64,000 nt of DNA from Eledone cirrhosa (GCA_964016885.1 CAXHJY010000603.1:29270-93269); one strand, 5' to 3'. Counted from the first letter of the stretch, positions 1 to 14,152 are shown. The notes: generated by a model not told the origin, from the sequence alone. Made by a program: numbers and translations.

Positions 1-20
1 GTTTAAAATACTCATCCGTT

Positions 21-21
<1 letters not shown>

Positions 22-91
<70 letters not shown>

Positions 92-173
92 TATGCAATA
101 TACATTTATATATATATATATATATATATACAATATATATATATATATATATATAAAAATATATGCAATATAC

Positions 174-263
<90 letters not shown>

Positions 264-322
264 ATATATATATATATATACAATATATATATATATATAT
301 ATATATATACACTATATATATA
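22..322. repeat. (TA)n microsatellite with short duplicated inserts
   Basis: Visible TA tract; the insert AAAATATATGCAATATACATTT occurs twice. Confidence 0.95.
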
Positions 323-500
323 ATGAAGGAAGTGTGGTAAGGAACCAGGTGGACTATAACGCACCAAAGTACTCAATACTTAGGGTAGTAGAGTGGGTAA
401 TAGGAAAAGTGTCAGGTCCCCGACAGCTGAACTCCGGCTATTTCAACAGCTAGATCAGAACAGCTGGAGCTCAGCCGTCGGGGACCTGACTCTTTTCCTA
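320..500. mobile_element. Non-coding hairpin + tail element, family P, copy 1
   Basis: Arms ~399-455 and ~460-500 are inverted. The one-sided tail 320-398 is shared with copies at 2405-2620, 3792-3976 and 15925-16095. TA flanks. Confidence 0.75.
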
Positions 501-504
501 TATA

Positions 505-915
505 TATCTGCAACTGCAGAGGATATGCGACAGCTGGAGAGAAATGAGGCAAGCAGGCTCCGTTGGATGTGCAATGTCAACGTGTGTGAACGACCCAGCA
601 TGAATGTGTTGAGAGAGAAACTGTGTCTGAGAGGGATAGAATGTAGTGTACGGGAGAGGAGACTGAGGTGGTATGTACATGTGATGCGCATGGGGGATGA
701 CCGATGGGTACAGAAGTGCCAGGAAATGCCAGTTTAAGGAAGACGTGGTAGAGGTAGACCACGAAAAATATGGGCAGAGGTGGTGAGAACAGACCTCAGA
801 TAGCTGAAGCTCACGGTGGAGATGACGAAGGACCGTGACAATTGGAGAGATGCTGTGTTGAAAAAGACCTGTCCCACCCTTGCAAGCAGGGAAGAGCGGA
901 CGTAAAATGATGATA
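505..915 (+). mobile_element. RTE-clade LINE, 3' fragment
   Basis: Translates ..LERNEASRLRWMC..RERRLRWYVHVMRM..; ends in a (GAT)n-like tail; closely similar to 26170-26587. Confidence 0.9.
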
Positions 916-1914
916 ATAATAATAATGATAATAATATAAGAGAGTGTTCAGGTTTGCTTGAAGCATTGTGGTATAAGAAAAATAGTCAGTTTGGAAGCCT
1001 TGGCGATGTATAATATATATATATATAATATATAGATATATATATATATAAAAAATATATGTAATGTATAATATATTTATACAGAGTTGTAATTATTAAT
1101 TACCAGCATATTATCCACTGATCTTTCCCCTGGGTATCGCTGGGTTCTACTTCGAGTTTATCGATATTTGCACCCTTTTTAAATCTATTATTTCTTAACT
1201 TCCTTCTGTATAGTGTATAATATTAGCAGGAAATGAAAGGGTATTTATAGGTATAGAGATTTTCAATATATATTGGATGACTTTATCATAAATTAAATGT
1301 TTTAGTATTTTCAAAATAATTAAAATGTTTATAGTAATAATATTGACTCAAGTAATTAACACTATATTAGATTAATTACACTATTAGATTGTGTTGTGGT
1401 GACATGTCAAAGATATTGTTTTTAATTGTCGACTGAAATATCTAAATTTTACTAAGAATTTCATACAATTATTGTGTTAGTAATTTTAGATTAATTAAAA
1501 GTTATTTAAAAGTATTTACCTTAGTCAGAAATTTCTCTGTCTTTGAGGCGACTTGTTGATTCGTTTGTGGTTTTCGCATTACTGACTGGAAACCTTTCAA
1601 TAGTTTTATTATATAAAGATCTTGGTTACCTGTGTGAGAAGGTGGGGGGGGATTAAAGCATGTCTATATTTGGGAGTGCCATTATCATAGATATGTGTGG
1701 GTGTGCCTATGTATGTGTAATCATGACTATCAATATATATGTGTGTGTGTGTGTGTGAGTCTATATTTGGAAGTGTTATTCTGAAAGATATGTGTGTCAG
1801 TGTCTGAGTGTGTATGAGATGGTTACTACTAATGGGATTGTAGAAGGGGTGTCTGAAGACATTATCTTTGGTCCCCTCCCATAATGAGGGAAAAGAAGAA
1901 ATATTATCACACAC

Positions 1915-1947
<33 letters not shown>

Positions 1948-2025
1948 GAGTTTCTATACCTCAAATCTGTTAGTCACTATCTCTTTCCCTCCCTCTTTTA
2001 GTTTTATATATGTATATATATACAT

Positions 2026-2066
<41 letters not shown>

Positions 2067-2132
2067 TATATATACATATACATATATATATACATTTATA
2101 TATATATGTATATATATATATATATATGTGTG

Positions 2133-2172
<40 letters not shown>

Positions 2173-2349
2173 TATATACACATATACATATATGCATATA
2201 TGAATATATATGTATATACACGTATACATATATGCATATGTATGTATATATATGTATATATATAAACACACATCTGAATATGTATACATATATATATATA
2301 CATATATCTATATATATAGAAATCACATGGAGATCTGATTAATACTATG

Positions 2350-2404
<55 letters not shown>

Positions 2405-2409
<5 letters not shown>

Positions 2410-2620
2410 TACGAGTAGGACCCCGACGGCTGAGCTCAAGCCGTTTCGACAGCTAATTCTGGACTCCAGAATTCTTGAGTCCAGAATTAGCCGTCGAAAC
2501 GGCTTGAGCTCAGCCGTTGTGGTCCTACTCGTTCCTATTACCCACTCTACTACCCTAAGTATTGAGTACTTTGGTGCATTATGGTACACCTGGTTCCTTA
2601 CCACATTTCCTTCGTTATAT
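2405..2620. mobile_element. Hairpin + tail element, family P, copy 2
   Basis: Near-perfect inverted repeat 2405-2540 centred near 2470; tail on the right; TA flanks. Confidence 0.75.
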
Positions 2621-2723
2621 ATACATTCATATACATATATACATATATGAATATGAATGTATATATATGTAAACATGTATGTATGTATATATTTATATAT
2701 ATATTATATATGTATATGTATAT

Positions 2724-3790
2724 AGATTTTATATGTGGCCGGTGCTCAGGTGCAATAAGTAGCAGCAAGTGCCCACAGAATACTAACTCATTCCATTGCA
2801 CAGATGGTTCTATAGAAATAGTGGACAGCTTCCGTTACCTGGGTGACAAAATCAGCAGTGGTGGAGGGTGCTCTGAAAGTACAGTAGCCAGAGTCAGAAC
2901 GGGATGGAAAAAGTTCAGAGAGCTTATACCACTATTAGCCGCTAAAGGGTTCTCTCTTAAAATGAAAGGCAGGTTGTATGATGCCTGCATACGAACAGCA
3001 ATGTTACATGGCAGTGAGATCTGGGCATTGTGTGCAGAGGATATACGCAGACTAGAGAGGAACGAAGGTTGCATGCTCCGCTGGATGTGTAATAGTAATA
3101 TACGTGAACGGCAAAGCATAAACAAACTAAGGGAGAAATTAGGAATAAGAGGGATCAGATGTTGTTTACTCGAGAGAAGACTACGTTGGTATGGTCACGT
3201 GATGTGCATGAAAGACGTCAGCTGTATAAAAAAGTGCAGGGCGATAAATATAGACGGTAGCCACGGAATAGGCAGACCTAGAAAAACCTGGGACGACTTG
3301 ATAAATTCCGACTTCACACACTTACACCTCTCCAAGACAATGTCACTGGACCGAGATCTTTGGCGCTACACAGTAAAACAAAAGACCCGCCTTGCCTAAG
3401 TACAAAGCGAAACCTACAGTCAGTAGGCACATCTATCAAAAATACACCCCCGTCCCACTACCCACACCCCATCCACACCACCCCCTTAAATGTGAAGTTA
3501 TGTTAGTACCACAACATCCAGGCCGAAACAAATGAGATCGTGTAGGTGTCACGACAAAAAAATACACAGTCCACGCTGTAATGTGGCCGTGTAGGCAACA
3601 CGGTAAAAACCTCCCAGTCCCACACTGTAAATGTGGTTGGTGTTAGGAAGGGCATCCAGCCGTAGAAAACCCGCCAGACAGTCCTATGCGAGCAAGACAA
3701 CCACTCTTGCCTCAAGTGGGAAAACTCCCGTCCAAACCCATGCAAGCGTGGAAGATGGACGTTAAACGACGATGATGATGATGATGATGA
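2724..3790 (+). mobile_element. RTE-clade LINE, 5'-truncated (ORF2 C-terminus and 3' UTR)
   Basis: ORF to 3399 with FRYLGD..ARVRTGWKKFREL..MLHGSE.W..RRLRWYGHV..GRPRKTW; ends in (GAT)n. Confidence 0.92.
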
Positions 3791-3791
3791 T

Positions 3792-3976
3792 ATATAACAA
3801 AGGAATTGTGGTAAGGAACCAGATGGACCAGAGTACTTAGGGGAGTAGAGTGGAAAATTGGAAAAGGTATGACCCCGACGGGAGCGCTCAAGCCGTTTCG
3901 ACGGCTATTTCTAGACGCAATAGAAATAGCCGTCGAAACGGCTTGAGCTCTGCCGTCGGGGTCATACCATTTCCTA
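3792..3976. mobile_element. Hairpin + tail element, family P, copy 3
   Basis: Inverted arms ~3865-3912 and ~3920-3975; left tail shared with the other family P copies. Confidence 0.75.
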
Positions 3977-4500
3977 TATATATATATATATATATACACA
4001 TACATATACATATATGTGTATATGTATATATAAATACATATATGCATATATAAATACATATATATATATACATATATGTATATATAAATACATATATATA
4101 TATATACATATATGTATATATAAATACATATATATATATACATATATGTATATATAAATACATATATATATATATACATATATGTATATATAAATACATA
4201 TATATATATATATATAATATAGAGTAAAGCATGTCCAGAGAATTATTTGATAATATATATACATCATCTCTTGAATTCGTATATATATATATATATGTAT
4301 GTATACATATATATATATATATACATATATATACATATATATACATATACATATATATATATATACATATATACATATATATATATATATAAAAAACATG
4401 AGAAGAAAGAAGAATACTGCGTGGTTGCACATGGGTTACATATGATAAAATTAATCCCTCGTCAGTGATTTGCCAACCATCATTGATATTTCATCGCATA

Positions 4501-4945
<445 letters not shown>

Positions 4946-4947
4946 GC

Positions 4948-4986
<39 letters not shown>

Positions 4987-4991
4987 TATAC

Positions 4992-5038
<47 letters not shown>

Positions 5039-5376
5039 GGAGGCCCATGGCTTAGTGGTTAGAGCATTGGCCTTGCAACCGAAAGGTTGTGAGTTCAATT
5101 CACAGACCAGGTGATGTGTTGTTTCCTTGAGCAAGACACTTTATTTCACATTGCTCCAGTTTACTCAGCTGTAGAAATGAGATGATAGGGACTGGGGTCC
5201 CTATCATTCCACTGCAAAGTGGTTGTGGTGGTGCCACGGCAAAAAATCACCCACCGCTCACTGTAAATGAGGTTGGTGTTAGGAAGGGCATCCAGTTGTA
5301 GAGATCAAGCCAGAATCAGTTCACGTCCCACCCTTGCAAGCAGGGAAAAGCGGACGTAAAATTATGATGATGATGA
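5039..5376 (+). mobile_element. tRNA-derived SINE (family A) with RTE-derived 3' tail
   Basis: Head GGAGGCCCATGGCTTAGTGGTTAGAGC..GAGTTCAATTC. The 3' end CCCACCCTTGCAAGCAGGGAAAAGCGGACGTAAAA(GAT)n is shared with the RTE ends near 875 and 26540. Confidence 0.9.
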
Positions 5377-5544
5377 TACATATATATATATATGTATCAC
5401 CGTATTTTTGACTAAAGGAATTTTAGCCTGATAATGGGGTTTAGAACTAAAATTCCTTTAGTCCTTTAGTCAAAAATACGGTGAAAGCTATTCTATTTTC
5501 TAATTTCAAACCTGCTTACTGTTTCAAAACATACTTACTTGATA

Positions 5545-5653
<109 letters not shown>

Positions 5654-6120
5654 ATATATATGTATATATATGTGTCAGGTCACTCTCGAGTGCTCCTGGT
5701 AACATGTGACCCAGTACAACCTCTCAACGTCGGGTTGTCAGCGACTAAAGCAACAACCCCACCAAGTTTGCTTGGTGAGGAGGGTTATATTTGGACACCC
5801 TGTGTGATAAGGTTTGAGTATCCTTTCTCTATTGGATGACATTGAAAGTCTTTAAGAAATTCAATGTCCAGTATGTTTATGCTGTATATCTATATATAAA
5901 TATTTGTCACAACATGTAAAGAGAGAGTAGTTTGACTACCTCATACTATTCCTCTCTCTTTACGTCTGTTGCCTGCGTGAATGTATGTCGATGTATTTTG
6001 CCTCTTAAAATATTATAAGGTAAAATAAAATTTAAGGAAAATCAACCCCAGAACAAGGAAACAATTTGTTTGTAATATTTTTATATTCTCCACTGATTTC
6101 TTACATCAGACGTAAAGAGA

Positions 6121-9100
6121 GAGGAGTAGTATGAGGTAGTCATAACAACAGTGGTAGCAGCACCCTGTCGTTGTAGAGGGGAGTAGTATGAGGTAGTCAT
6201 AACAACAGTGATAGCAGCACCCTGTTGTTGTAGAGGGGAGTAGTATGAGGTAGTCATAACAACAGTGGTAGCAGCACCCTGTTGTTGTAGTGAGGAGTAG
6301 TATGAGGTAGTCATAACAACAGTGGTAGCAGCACCCTGTTGTTGTAGAGGGGAGTAGTATGAGGTAGTCATAACAACAGTGGTAGCAGCACCCTGTTGTT
6401 GTAGTGAGGAGTAGTATGAGGTAGTCATAACAACAGTGGTAGCAGCACCCTGTTGTTGTAGAGGGGAGTAGTATGAGGTAGTCATAACAACAGTGATAGC
6501 AGCACCCTGTTGTTGTAGTGAGGAGTAGTATGGGGTAGTCATAACAACAGTGGTAGCAGCACCCTGTTGTTGTAGTGAGGAGTAGTATGAGGTAGTCATA
6601 ACAACAGTGGTAGCAGCACCCTGTTGTTGTAGAGGGGAGTAGTATGTGGTAGTCATAACAAAAGTGATAGCAGCACCCTGTTGTTGTAGTGAGGAGTAGT
6701 ATGGGGTAGTCATAACAACAGTGGTAGCAGCACCCTGTTGTTGTAGAGGGGAGTAGTATGGGGTAGTCATAACAACAGTGGTAGCAGCACCCTGTTGTTG
6801 TAGTGAGGAGTAGTATGGGGTAGTCATAACAACAGTGGTAGCAGCACCCTGTTGTTGTAGTGAGGAGTAGTATGAGGTAGTCATAACAACAGTGGTAGCA
6901 GCACCCTGTTGTTGTAGAGGGGAGTAGTATGAGGTAGTCATAACAACAGTGATAGCAGCACCCTGTTGTTGTAGTGAGGAGTAGTATGGGGTAGTCATAA
7001 CAACAGTGGTAGCAGCACCCTGTTGTTGTAGTGAGGAGTAGTATGAGGTAGTCATAACAACAGTGGTAGCAGCACCCTGTTGTTGTAGAGGGGTGTAGTA
7101 TGTGGTAGTCATAACAACAGTGATAGCAGCACCCTGTTGTTGTAGAGCGGAGTAGTATGAGGTAGTCATAACAACAGTGATAGCAGCACCCTGTTGTTGT
7201 AGTGAGGAGTAGTATGAGGTAGTCATAACAACAGTGATAGCAGCACCCTGTTGTTGTAGAGGGGAGTAGTATGAGGTAGTCATAACAACAGTGGTAGCAG
7301 CACCCTGATGTTGTAGTGAGGAGTAGTATGAGGTAGTCATAACAACAGTGGTAGCAGCACCCTGTTGTTGTAGAGGGGAGTAGTATGAGGTAGTCATAAC
7401 AACAGTGGTAGCAGCACCCTGTTGTTGTAGAGGGGAGTAGTATGAGGTAGTCATAACAACAGTGGTAGCAGCACCCTGTTGTTGTAGTGAGGAGTAGTAT
7501 GAGGTAGTCATAACAACAGTGGTAGCAGCACCCTGTTGTTGTAGAGGGGAGTAGTATGAGGTAGTCATAACAACAGTGATAGCAGCACCCTGTTGTTGTA
7601 GTGAGGAGTAGTATGGGGTAGTCATAACAACAGTGGTAGCAGCACCCTGTTGTTGTAGTGAGGAGTAGTATGAGGTAGTCATAACAACAGTGGTAGCAGC
7701 ACCCTGTTGTTGTAGAGGGGAGTAGTATGAGGTAGTCATAACAACAGTGGTAGCAGCACCCTGTTGTTGTAGAGGGGAGTAGTATGGGGTAGTCATAACA
7801 ACAGTGGTAGCAGCACCCTCTTGTTGTAGAGGGGAGTAGTATGAGGTAGTCATAACAACAGTGGTAGCAGCACCCTCTTGTTGTAGAGGGGAGTAGTATG
7901 AGGTAGTCATAACAACAGTGGTAGCAGCACCCTGTTGTTGTAGAGAGGAGTAGTATGAGGTAGTCATAACAACAGTGGTAGCAGCACCCTGTTGTTGTAG
8001 AGGGGAGTAGTATGAGGTAGTCATAACAACAGTGGTAGCAGCACCCTGTTGTTGTAGTGAGGAGTAGTATGGGGTAGTCATAACAACAGTGGTAGCAGCA
8101 CCCTGTTGTTGTAGTGAGGAGTAGTATGAGGTAGTCATAACAACAGTGGTAGCAGCACCCTGTTGTTGTAGAGGGGAGTAGTATGAGGTAGTCATAACAA
8201 CAGTGGTAGCAGCACCCTGTTGTTGTTGAGGGGAGTAGTATGGGGTAGTCATAACAACAGTGGTAGCAGCACCCTGTTGTTGTAGAGAGGAGTAGTATGA
8301 GGTAGTCATAACAACAGTGGTAGCAGCACCCTGTTGTTGTAGAGGGGAGTAGTATGGGGTAGTCATAACAACAGTGGTAGCAGCACCCTGTTGTTGTAGA
8401 GAGGAGTAGTATGAGGTAGTCATAACAACAGTGGTAGCAGCACCCTGTTGTTGTAGAGGGGAGTAGTATGAGGTAGTCATAACAACAGTGATAGCAGCAC
8501 CCTGTTGTTGTAGTGAGGAGTAGTATGAGGTAGTCATAACAACAGTGATAGCAGCATCCTGTTGTTGTAGAGGCGAGTAGTATGGGGTAGTCATAACAAC
8601 AGTGATAGCAGCACCCTGTTGTAGTGAGGAGTAGTATGGGTAGTCATAACAACAGTGGTAGCAGCACCCTGTTGTTGTAGAGGGGAGTAGTATGAGGTAG
8701 TCATAACAACAGTGATAGCAGCACCCTGTTGTTGTAGAGGGGAGTAGTATGAGGTAGTCATAACAACAGTGGTAGCAGCACCCTGTTGTTGTAGAGGGGA
8801 GTAGTATGAGGTAGTCATAACAACAGTGGTAGCAGCACCCTGTTGTAGTGAGGAGTGGTATGAGGTAGTCATAACAACAGTGGTAGCAGCACCCTGTTGT
8901 TGTAGAGGGGAGTAGTATGAGGTAGTCATAACAACAGTGATAGCAGCACCCTGTTGTTGTAGTGAGGAGTAGTATGAGGTAGTCATAACAACAGTGATAG
9001 CAGCACCCTGTTGTTGTAGAGGGGAGTAGAATGAGGTAGTCATAACAACAGTGATAGCAGCACCCTGTTGTTGTAGTGAGGAGTAGTATGGGGTAGTCAT

Positions 9101-9617
9101 AACAACAGTGGTAGCAGCACCCTGTTGTTGTAGAGGGGAGTAGTATGAGGTAGTCATAACAACAGTGGTAGCAGCACCCTGTTGTTGTAGAGGGGAGTAG
9201 TATGAGGTAGTCATAACAACAGTGGTAGCAGCACCCTGTTGTTGTAGAGAGGAGTAGTATGAGGTAGTCATAACAACAGTGGTAGCAGCACCCTGTTGTT
9301 GTAGAGAGGAGTAGTATGAGGTAGTCATAACAACAGTGGTAGCAGCACCCTGTTGTAGTGAGGAGTGGTATGAGGTAGTCATAACAACAGTGGTAGCAGC
9401 ACCCTGTTGTTGTAGAGGGGAGTAGTATGAGGTAGTCATAACAACAGTGGTAGCAGCACCCTGTTGTTGTAGAGGGGAGTAGTATGAGGTAGTCATAACA
9501 ACAGTGGTAGCAGCACCCTGTTGTTGTAGAGGGGAGTAGTATGAGGTAGTCATAACAACAGTGGTAGCAGCACCCTGTTGTTGTAGAGGGGAGTAGTATG
9601 AGGTAGTCATAACAACA
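6121..9617. repeat. 57-bp minisatellite, about 61 units
   Basis: Unit GGGGAGTAGTATGAGGTAGTCATAACAACAGTGGTAGCAGCACCCTGTTGTTGTAGA; few variant sites; three 3-nt deletions and one 1-nt deletion. Confidence 0.97.
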
Positions 9618-9628
9618 ATACATATAAG

Positions 9629-9680
<52 letters not shown>

Positions 9681-9749
9681 TTCTGGTAATATTACACAAA
9701 TATGACCCTCCCCTAGTATAACAATATATATATATATATATATATGTAT

Positions 9750-10595
9750 ATAAGTATGTATACGTACATACATATATGTATACAGACGTACAGTAGTATG
9801 TATATATATATATATACATGAACATATATATATATGTACGTATGGATTCACCGAACATTTATTATAATGCTCGGTGTGTTTATAAACAAACATCCCGTAT
9901 TAAGCCGTACAGTGTCCAGCAGCCATCGTTGCTCGTTTGTTCAACACCGACAAAGGAACGCTGTATTAGTTTCAAGCTTATTAGCTATCGTCAGCAACGT
10001 ATACCTTCCTGCCAGATGGTTGAACGTCTGAAAGCATATACTTTCCTTATGCATATTAACGGTTGAGCAGCCTAATTTGCATATCGAGTGAGTTAATCGG
10101 CCGGGGTACCGAAAACGATAAACGGAAAAAATGAAACGAAATTTAATTTCTCACTCTTAGTACGGCTGATACCTAAATATAAATATGTATACGTACATAC
10201 ATATATGTGTACAGACGTACAGTAGTATGTATATATATATACATACATGCATACATATATATATATATGTATGCATGGGTTTACCGAACATTTATTATAA
10301 TGCTCGGTTTGTGTGTCATTTCTGTGTGTTGTTCCTTTGTCAGAGTTAAACAAATGAACAACGATGGTTGCTAGACACTACGGCTTAATTCGGGATGTTT
10401 GTTTACAAACACACCGAGCATCATAATAAATGTTGGGTAAACCCATGCGTACATATATATGTGTGTGCATGTATGTATATATATACATACTATTGTACAT
10501 CTGTACACATATATGTATGAACATATACATACTTATATTTAAGTAACAGCCGTACTAAGAGTGAGAAATGAAATTTCGTTTCATTCTTTTCCATT
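9750..10595. mobile_element. PLE pseudo-LTR relic (partial tandem plus inverted copy)
   Basis: 9750-9875 recurs directly at ~10180-10310; 10330-10595 is inverted relative to both; contains a hammerhead-like motif. Confidence 0.7.
9959..9999 (-). ncRNA. Minimal hammerhead ribozyme motif (degenerate)
   Basis: CGTTG-CTGACGA-TAGC TAATAA GCTT-GAAAC TAA TA-CAGCG; stem I is CGUUG/CAGCG. Confidence 0.65.
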
Positions 10596-10647
10596 TATAT
10601 ATATATATACAACATATATATACATGTATATATATATATATATATAT

Positions 10648-11640
10648 ATGATGGCTGTAAACTCTGCTAAGAGTATCGCAATCACTTGTCAGATTCAAAT
10701 GTGTGATGCTCGGATATGGCTTTTCAAGCCTTCTAGAGACTTGCACTCCTTCACACACTGACAACTATGGATCTCCCTGGCCTCAGGTCTTGCATCAGGT
10801 TGCCCGTGAACCCTCACAATACCATGGAGATCATAGTTCACTGGTTCTCTTTGAACATGGCTGCGACTGTGGCTCGTGAGACCAGATTTGCTCAAGCTAA
10901 TTTTTCCACACTGAAGGCACTTCAATTCAATGCAGACACCGATTGTTTCGAGAGATACATCAAGGTATTACTAACGCACATCCTGTTTGATCTTCTCATG
11001 CTCAATGCGTCTGCCCTTAAAATTAAGGACTCCATCATTCCACTCCAAGTTTCTCTTTCAAGAGCTTCAATCTCCCAGTCAGCCTCCATCAAACCAGTTT
11101 TTTTCAATGACTCCTTTACACGACCTTTGAATCGGAGCCTTTACTTGTGAGGTGGTCTCTTACATTTACAAAGCTTGCCATACAAAAGTTGCTTCAGGAT
11201 TCGATCATCCTCCATTCTACAAAGGTGTCCAGTCCATCACAAATGTCGTTGGTGGATGATACTCTCAATACTCCGACACTTCTCTCAAGGACCTCAACAT
11301 CATTGACATCCATCTGCCACATACATCACTGCCATGCATCTGTCTCTCTGAGACACTGCTGGTGAAATAGTTCCAGTCTTTTGATATGCTGTTTGTAGGC
11401 ATCCCATGTGTCACATGTATACAGCAATGATGACAGCACACATGTGGCATACACTTTCACCTTGGTCCTCATGGTCATTCCTCACCTGCACCACAGATGG
11501 TTGCTCAGCCTTCCAAATCACTCACTTGCTTTGTTAACACGCAGATCAACTTCTGCCTCCAGAGAGCAGGTCACACTGAGAGTACTCCCCAAATACACAA
11601 ATCTGTCAGTAACCTTCAGCTTTTGACCATATACATATAT
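10648..11640 (-). mobile_element. Degraded RTE (BovB-like) LINE 3' part with C2H2-type zinc fingers
   Basis: Fragments GQKLKVTDRFVYLGSTLS..EVDLRVNKAS and CLQCGK..GLTSHSRSH / CQC..GLKSHIRASH; frameshifted. Confidence 0.75.
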
Positions 11641-11649
11641 GGAGGGTTC

Positions 11650-11683
11650 AATACATACATATACATACATACATACACATACA

Positions 11684-11715
<32 letters not shown>

Positions 11716-11970
11716 CATACATACATAGATACATACATATACATACATACATACATACATACATACATACATAGATACATACATACATACATACATATAT
11801 ACATACATACATATATACACACATACATACATATACATACATACATAGATACATACATACATATACATACATACATATACATACATACATATACATACAT
11901 ACAAAGATACATACATATACATACATACATACATACATACATACATACATACATACATACATACATACAT
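11650..11970. repeat. (TACA)n microsatellite
   Basis: Visible; a second tract lies at 12380-12600. Confidence 0.95.
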
Positions 11971-12476
11971 GGTGGCTGCCAACTCCTTTTCGAGTACGGC
12001 CACTACTTTATATCCATGTAGGAGAACCCCTACCAATGCGCTGAACGAGTGTGACTTTTGAGTCCAGCCAGTGTCTTGAAAACTCTGGTACAAACACTAC
12101 ACTTGTGACAATTATTGACACATAGTGCTGGGCCCATGGTACCATGTGACGACAAGTGCAGAGAGATCTCCAGATATAAAGCAATGCCTGTGCCGTGAAG
12201 CTTTTATAGTGAGCAAAGGCACTGCACAAAGCCAGTCCCACTCTCTTAACCAAGATGATATTTACCAAAAAGAAGAACAAGTCAACATCATTGGATACCA
12301 TCAGGGCTGCAGGTGTTATATCAGAGTTTTCCTTCTCCTAGAATTCTGCCTTGACAAAGGCTAAGGGGTCATCTCTCCCACATACATACATACATACACA
12401 TACATACATACATACATACATACATACATACATACATACATAGATACATATATATATACATACATACATACATACA

Positions 12477-12512
<36 letters not shown>

Positions 12513-13029
12513 TACATACATACATACATACATATATATATACATACATACATACATACATACATACATACATACATACATACATACATACATACATACA
12601 TGATAGCTGCAAACTCTGCTAAGAGTACTGCAGTTGCTTGTCAGATTATAGAGTTTGGAGCACCTTTAGGCTATGGCCAGCCACACAAACCTGTAACAGA
12701 TCCTGAACAAGCAATGCCTGAGCTTTGAAGGTTTTTTTAAGTGGGGAAAGGCCTTGCACTCGACCAATCCCACTCTACGAAAACACTACCCGAAAAGGGG
12801 AACATTCATACATAGGTATATACATAGATACATACTCACACATACATTTATATATGTATGTACATATATATACATAATATACGTATAGATGTATATAATA
12901 TGTATGGTATATATTTTATTGCAGAATATTTAAAGTGTAGTTCTGAGTTTTCAACAAGTTTTAGTATATCTTAGATATATATATATATCTAAGATATACT
13001 ATATATATATACTATATATATGTGTGTAA

Positions 13030-13034
13030 AGAGA

Positions 13035-13077
<43 letters not shown>

Positions 13078-13185
13078 AGGGAGAGGGAGTGGGGAGAGAA
13101 GGGGATAGAGATAGAGAGAGGGACAGATGGATGGCTATATATATCTAAGATATACTATATATATATATACTATATATATGTGTAA

Positions 13186-13216
<31 letters not shown>

Positions 13217-13810
13217 AAGGGATAGAGATAGAGAGAGGGAGTGGGGAGAGAAGGGGATAGAGAGAGAGAGAGAGGGAGTGGGGAGAGAAGGGGATAGAGA
13301 GAGGGAGTGGGGAGAGAAGGGGATAGAGAGAGAGAGAGGGAGTGGGGAGAGAAGGGGATAGAGAGAGAGAGAGGGACAGATGGATGGCTAACATTCAGAC
13401 AGACAAAAATGTAGATTAATAGATAAAGAGTGAGTGTGTGTATGTGTGCTTGTGTGTGTGTGCGTGTGTGTGTGTGTATGTGTGCTTGTGTGTGTGTGCC
13501 TGTGTGTGTGTGCCTGTGTGTGTGTGTATGTGTGCTTGTGTGTGTGTGCCTGTGTGTGTGTGCCTGTGTGTGTGTGTGTGTGCTTGTGTGTGTGCCTGTG
13601 TGTGTGTGTGTGTGTGTGTGCCTGTGTGTGTGTGTGTGTGTGTGCCTGTGTGTGTGTGTGTGTGTGTGTATGTGTGCTTGTGTGTGTGTGCCTGTGTGTG
13701 TGTGTGTGCCTGTGTGTGTGTGTGTGTGTATGTGTGCTTGTGTGTGTGTGCCTGTGTGTGTGTGTGTGCCTGTGTGTGTGTGTGTGTGTATGTGTGCTTG
13801 TGTGTGTGTG

Positions 13811-13843
<33 letters not shown>

Positions 13844-14152
13844 CTGTGTGTGTGTGCCTGTGTGTGTGTGTGCCTGTGTGTGTGTGTGTACCTGCGTGTG
13901 TGTGTGTACCTGCGTGTGTGTGTGTGCCTGTGTGTGTGTGTGTGTGCATGTGTGTGTGTGTGTGCCTGTGTGTATGTGTGTGTGCCTGTGTGTGTGTGTG
14001 TACCTGTGTGTGTGTGTGTGTGTGTCTGTGTGTGTGCGCCTGTGTGTGTGTGTGTACCTGTGTGTGTGTGTGTGTGCTTGTGTGTGTGTGTGTGCCTGTG
14101 TGTGTGTGTGCCTGTGTGTGTGTGCCTGTGTGTATGTGTGTGTGCCTGTGTG
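13030..14152. repeat. (GA)n/GGGA-rich tract followed by (TG)n punctuated by CC
   Basis: Visible compound microsatellite. Confidence 0.95.

Noticed and set aside
5039-5110. tRNA gene
   Set aside because: Head of a multi-copy SINE that continues into a body and LINE-derived tail; the acceptor stem is imperfect. The same applies to 25568-25638.
6121-9617. CRISPR-like array
   Set aside because: No unique spacers and no cas genes; the context is eukaryotic.
6081-9893. 1270-aa ORF with Cys/Tyr-rich and Gln/Thr-rich repeats
   Set aside because: It starts in TA microsatellite and switches peptide frame at a 1-nt deletion near 8640 without consequence. Two minus frames are open simply because the 57-nt unit lacks stops. 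There are no unique coding flanks.
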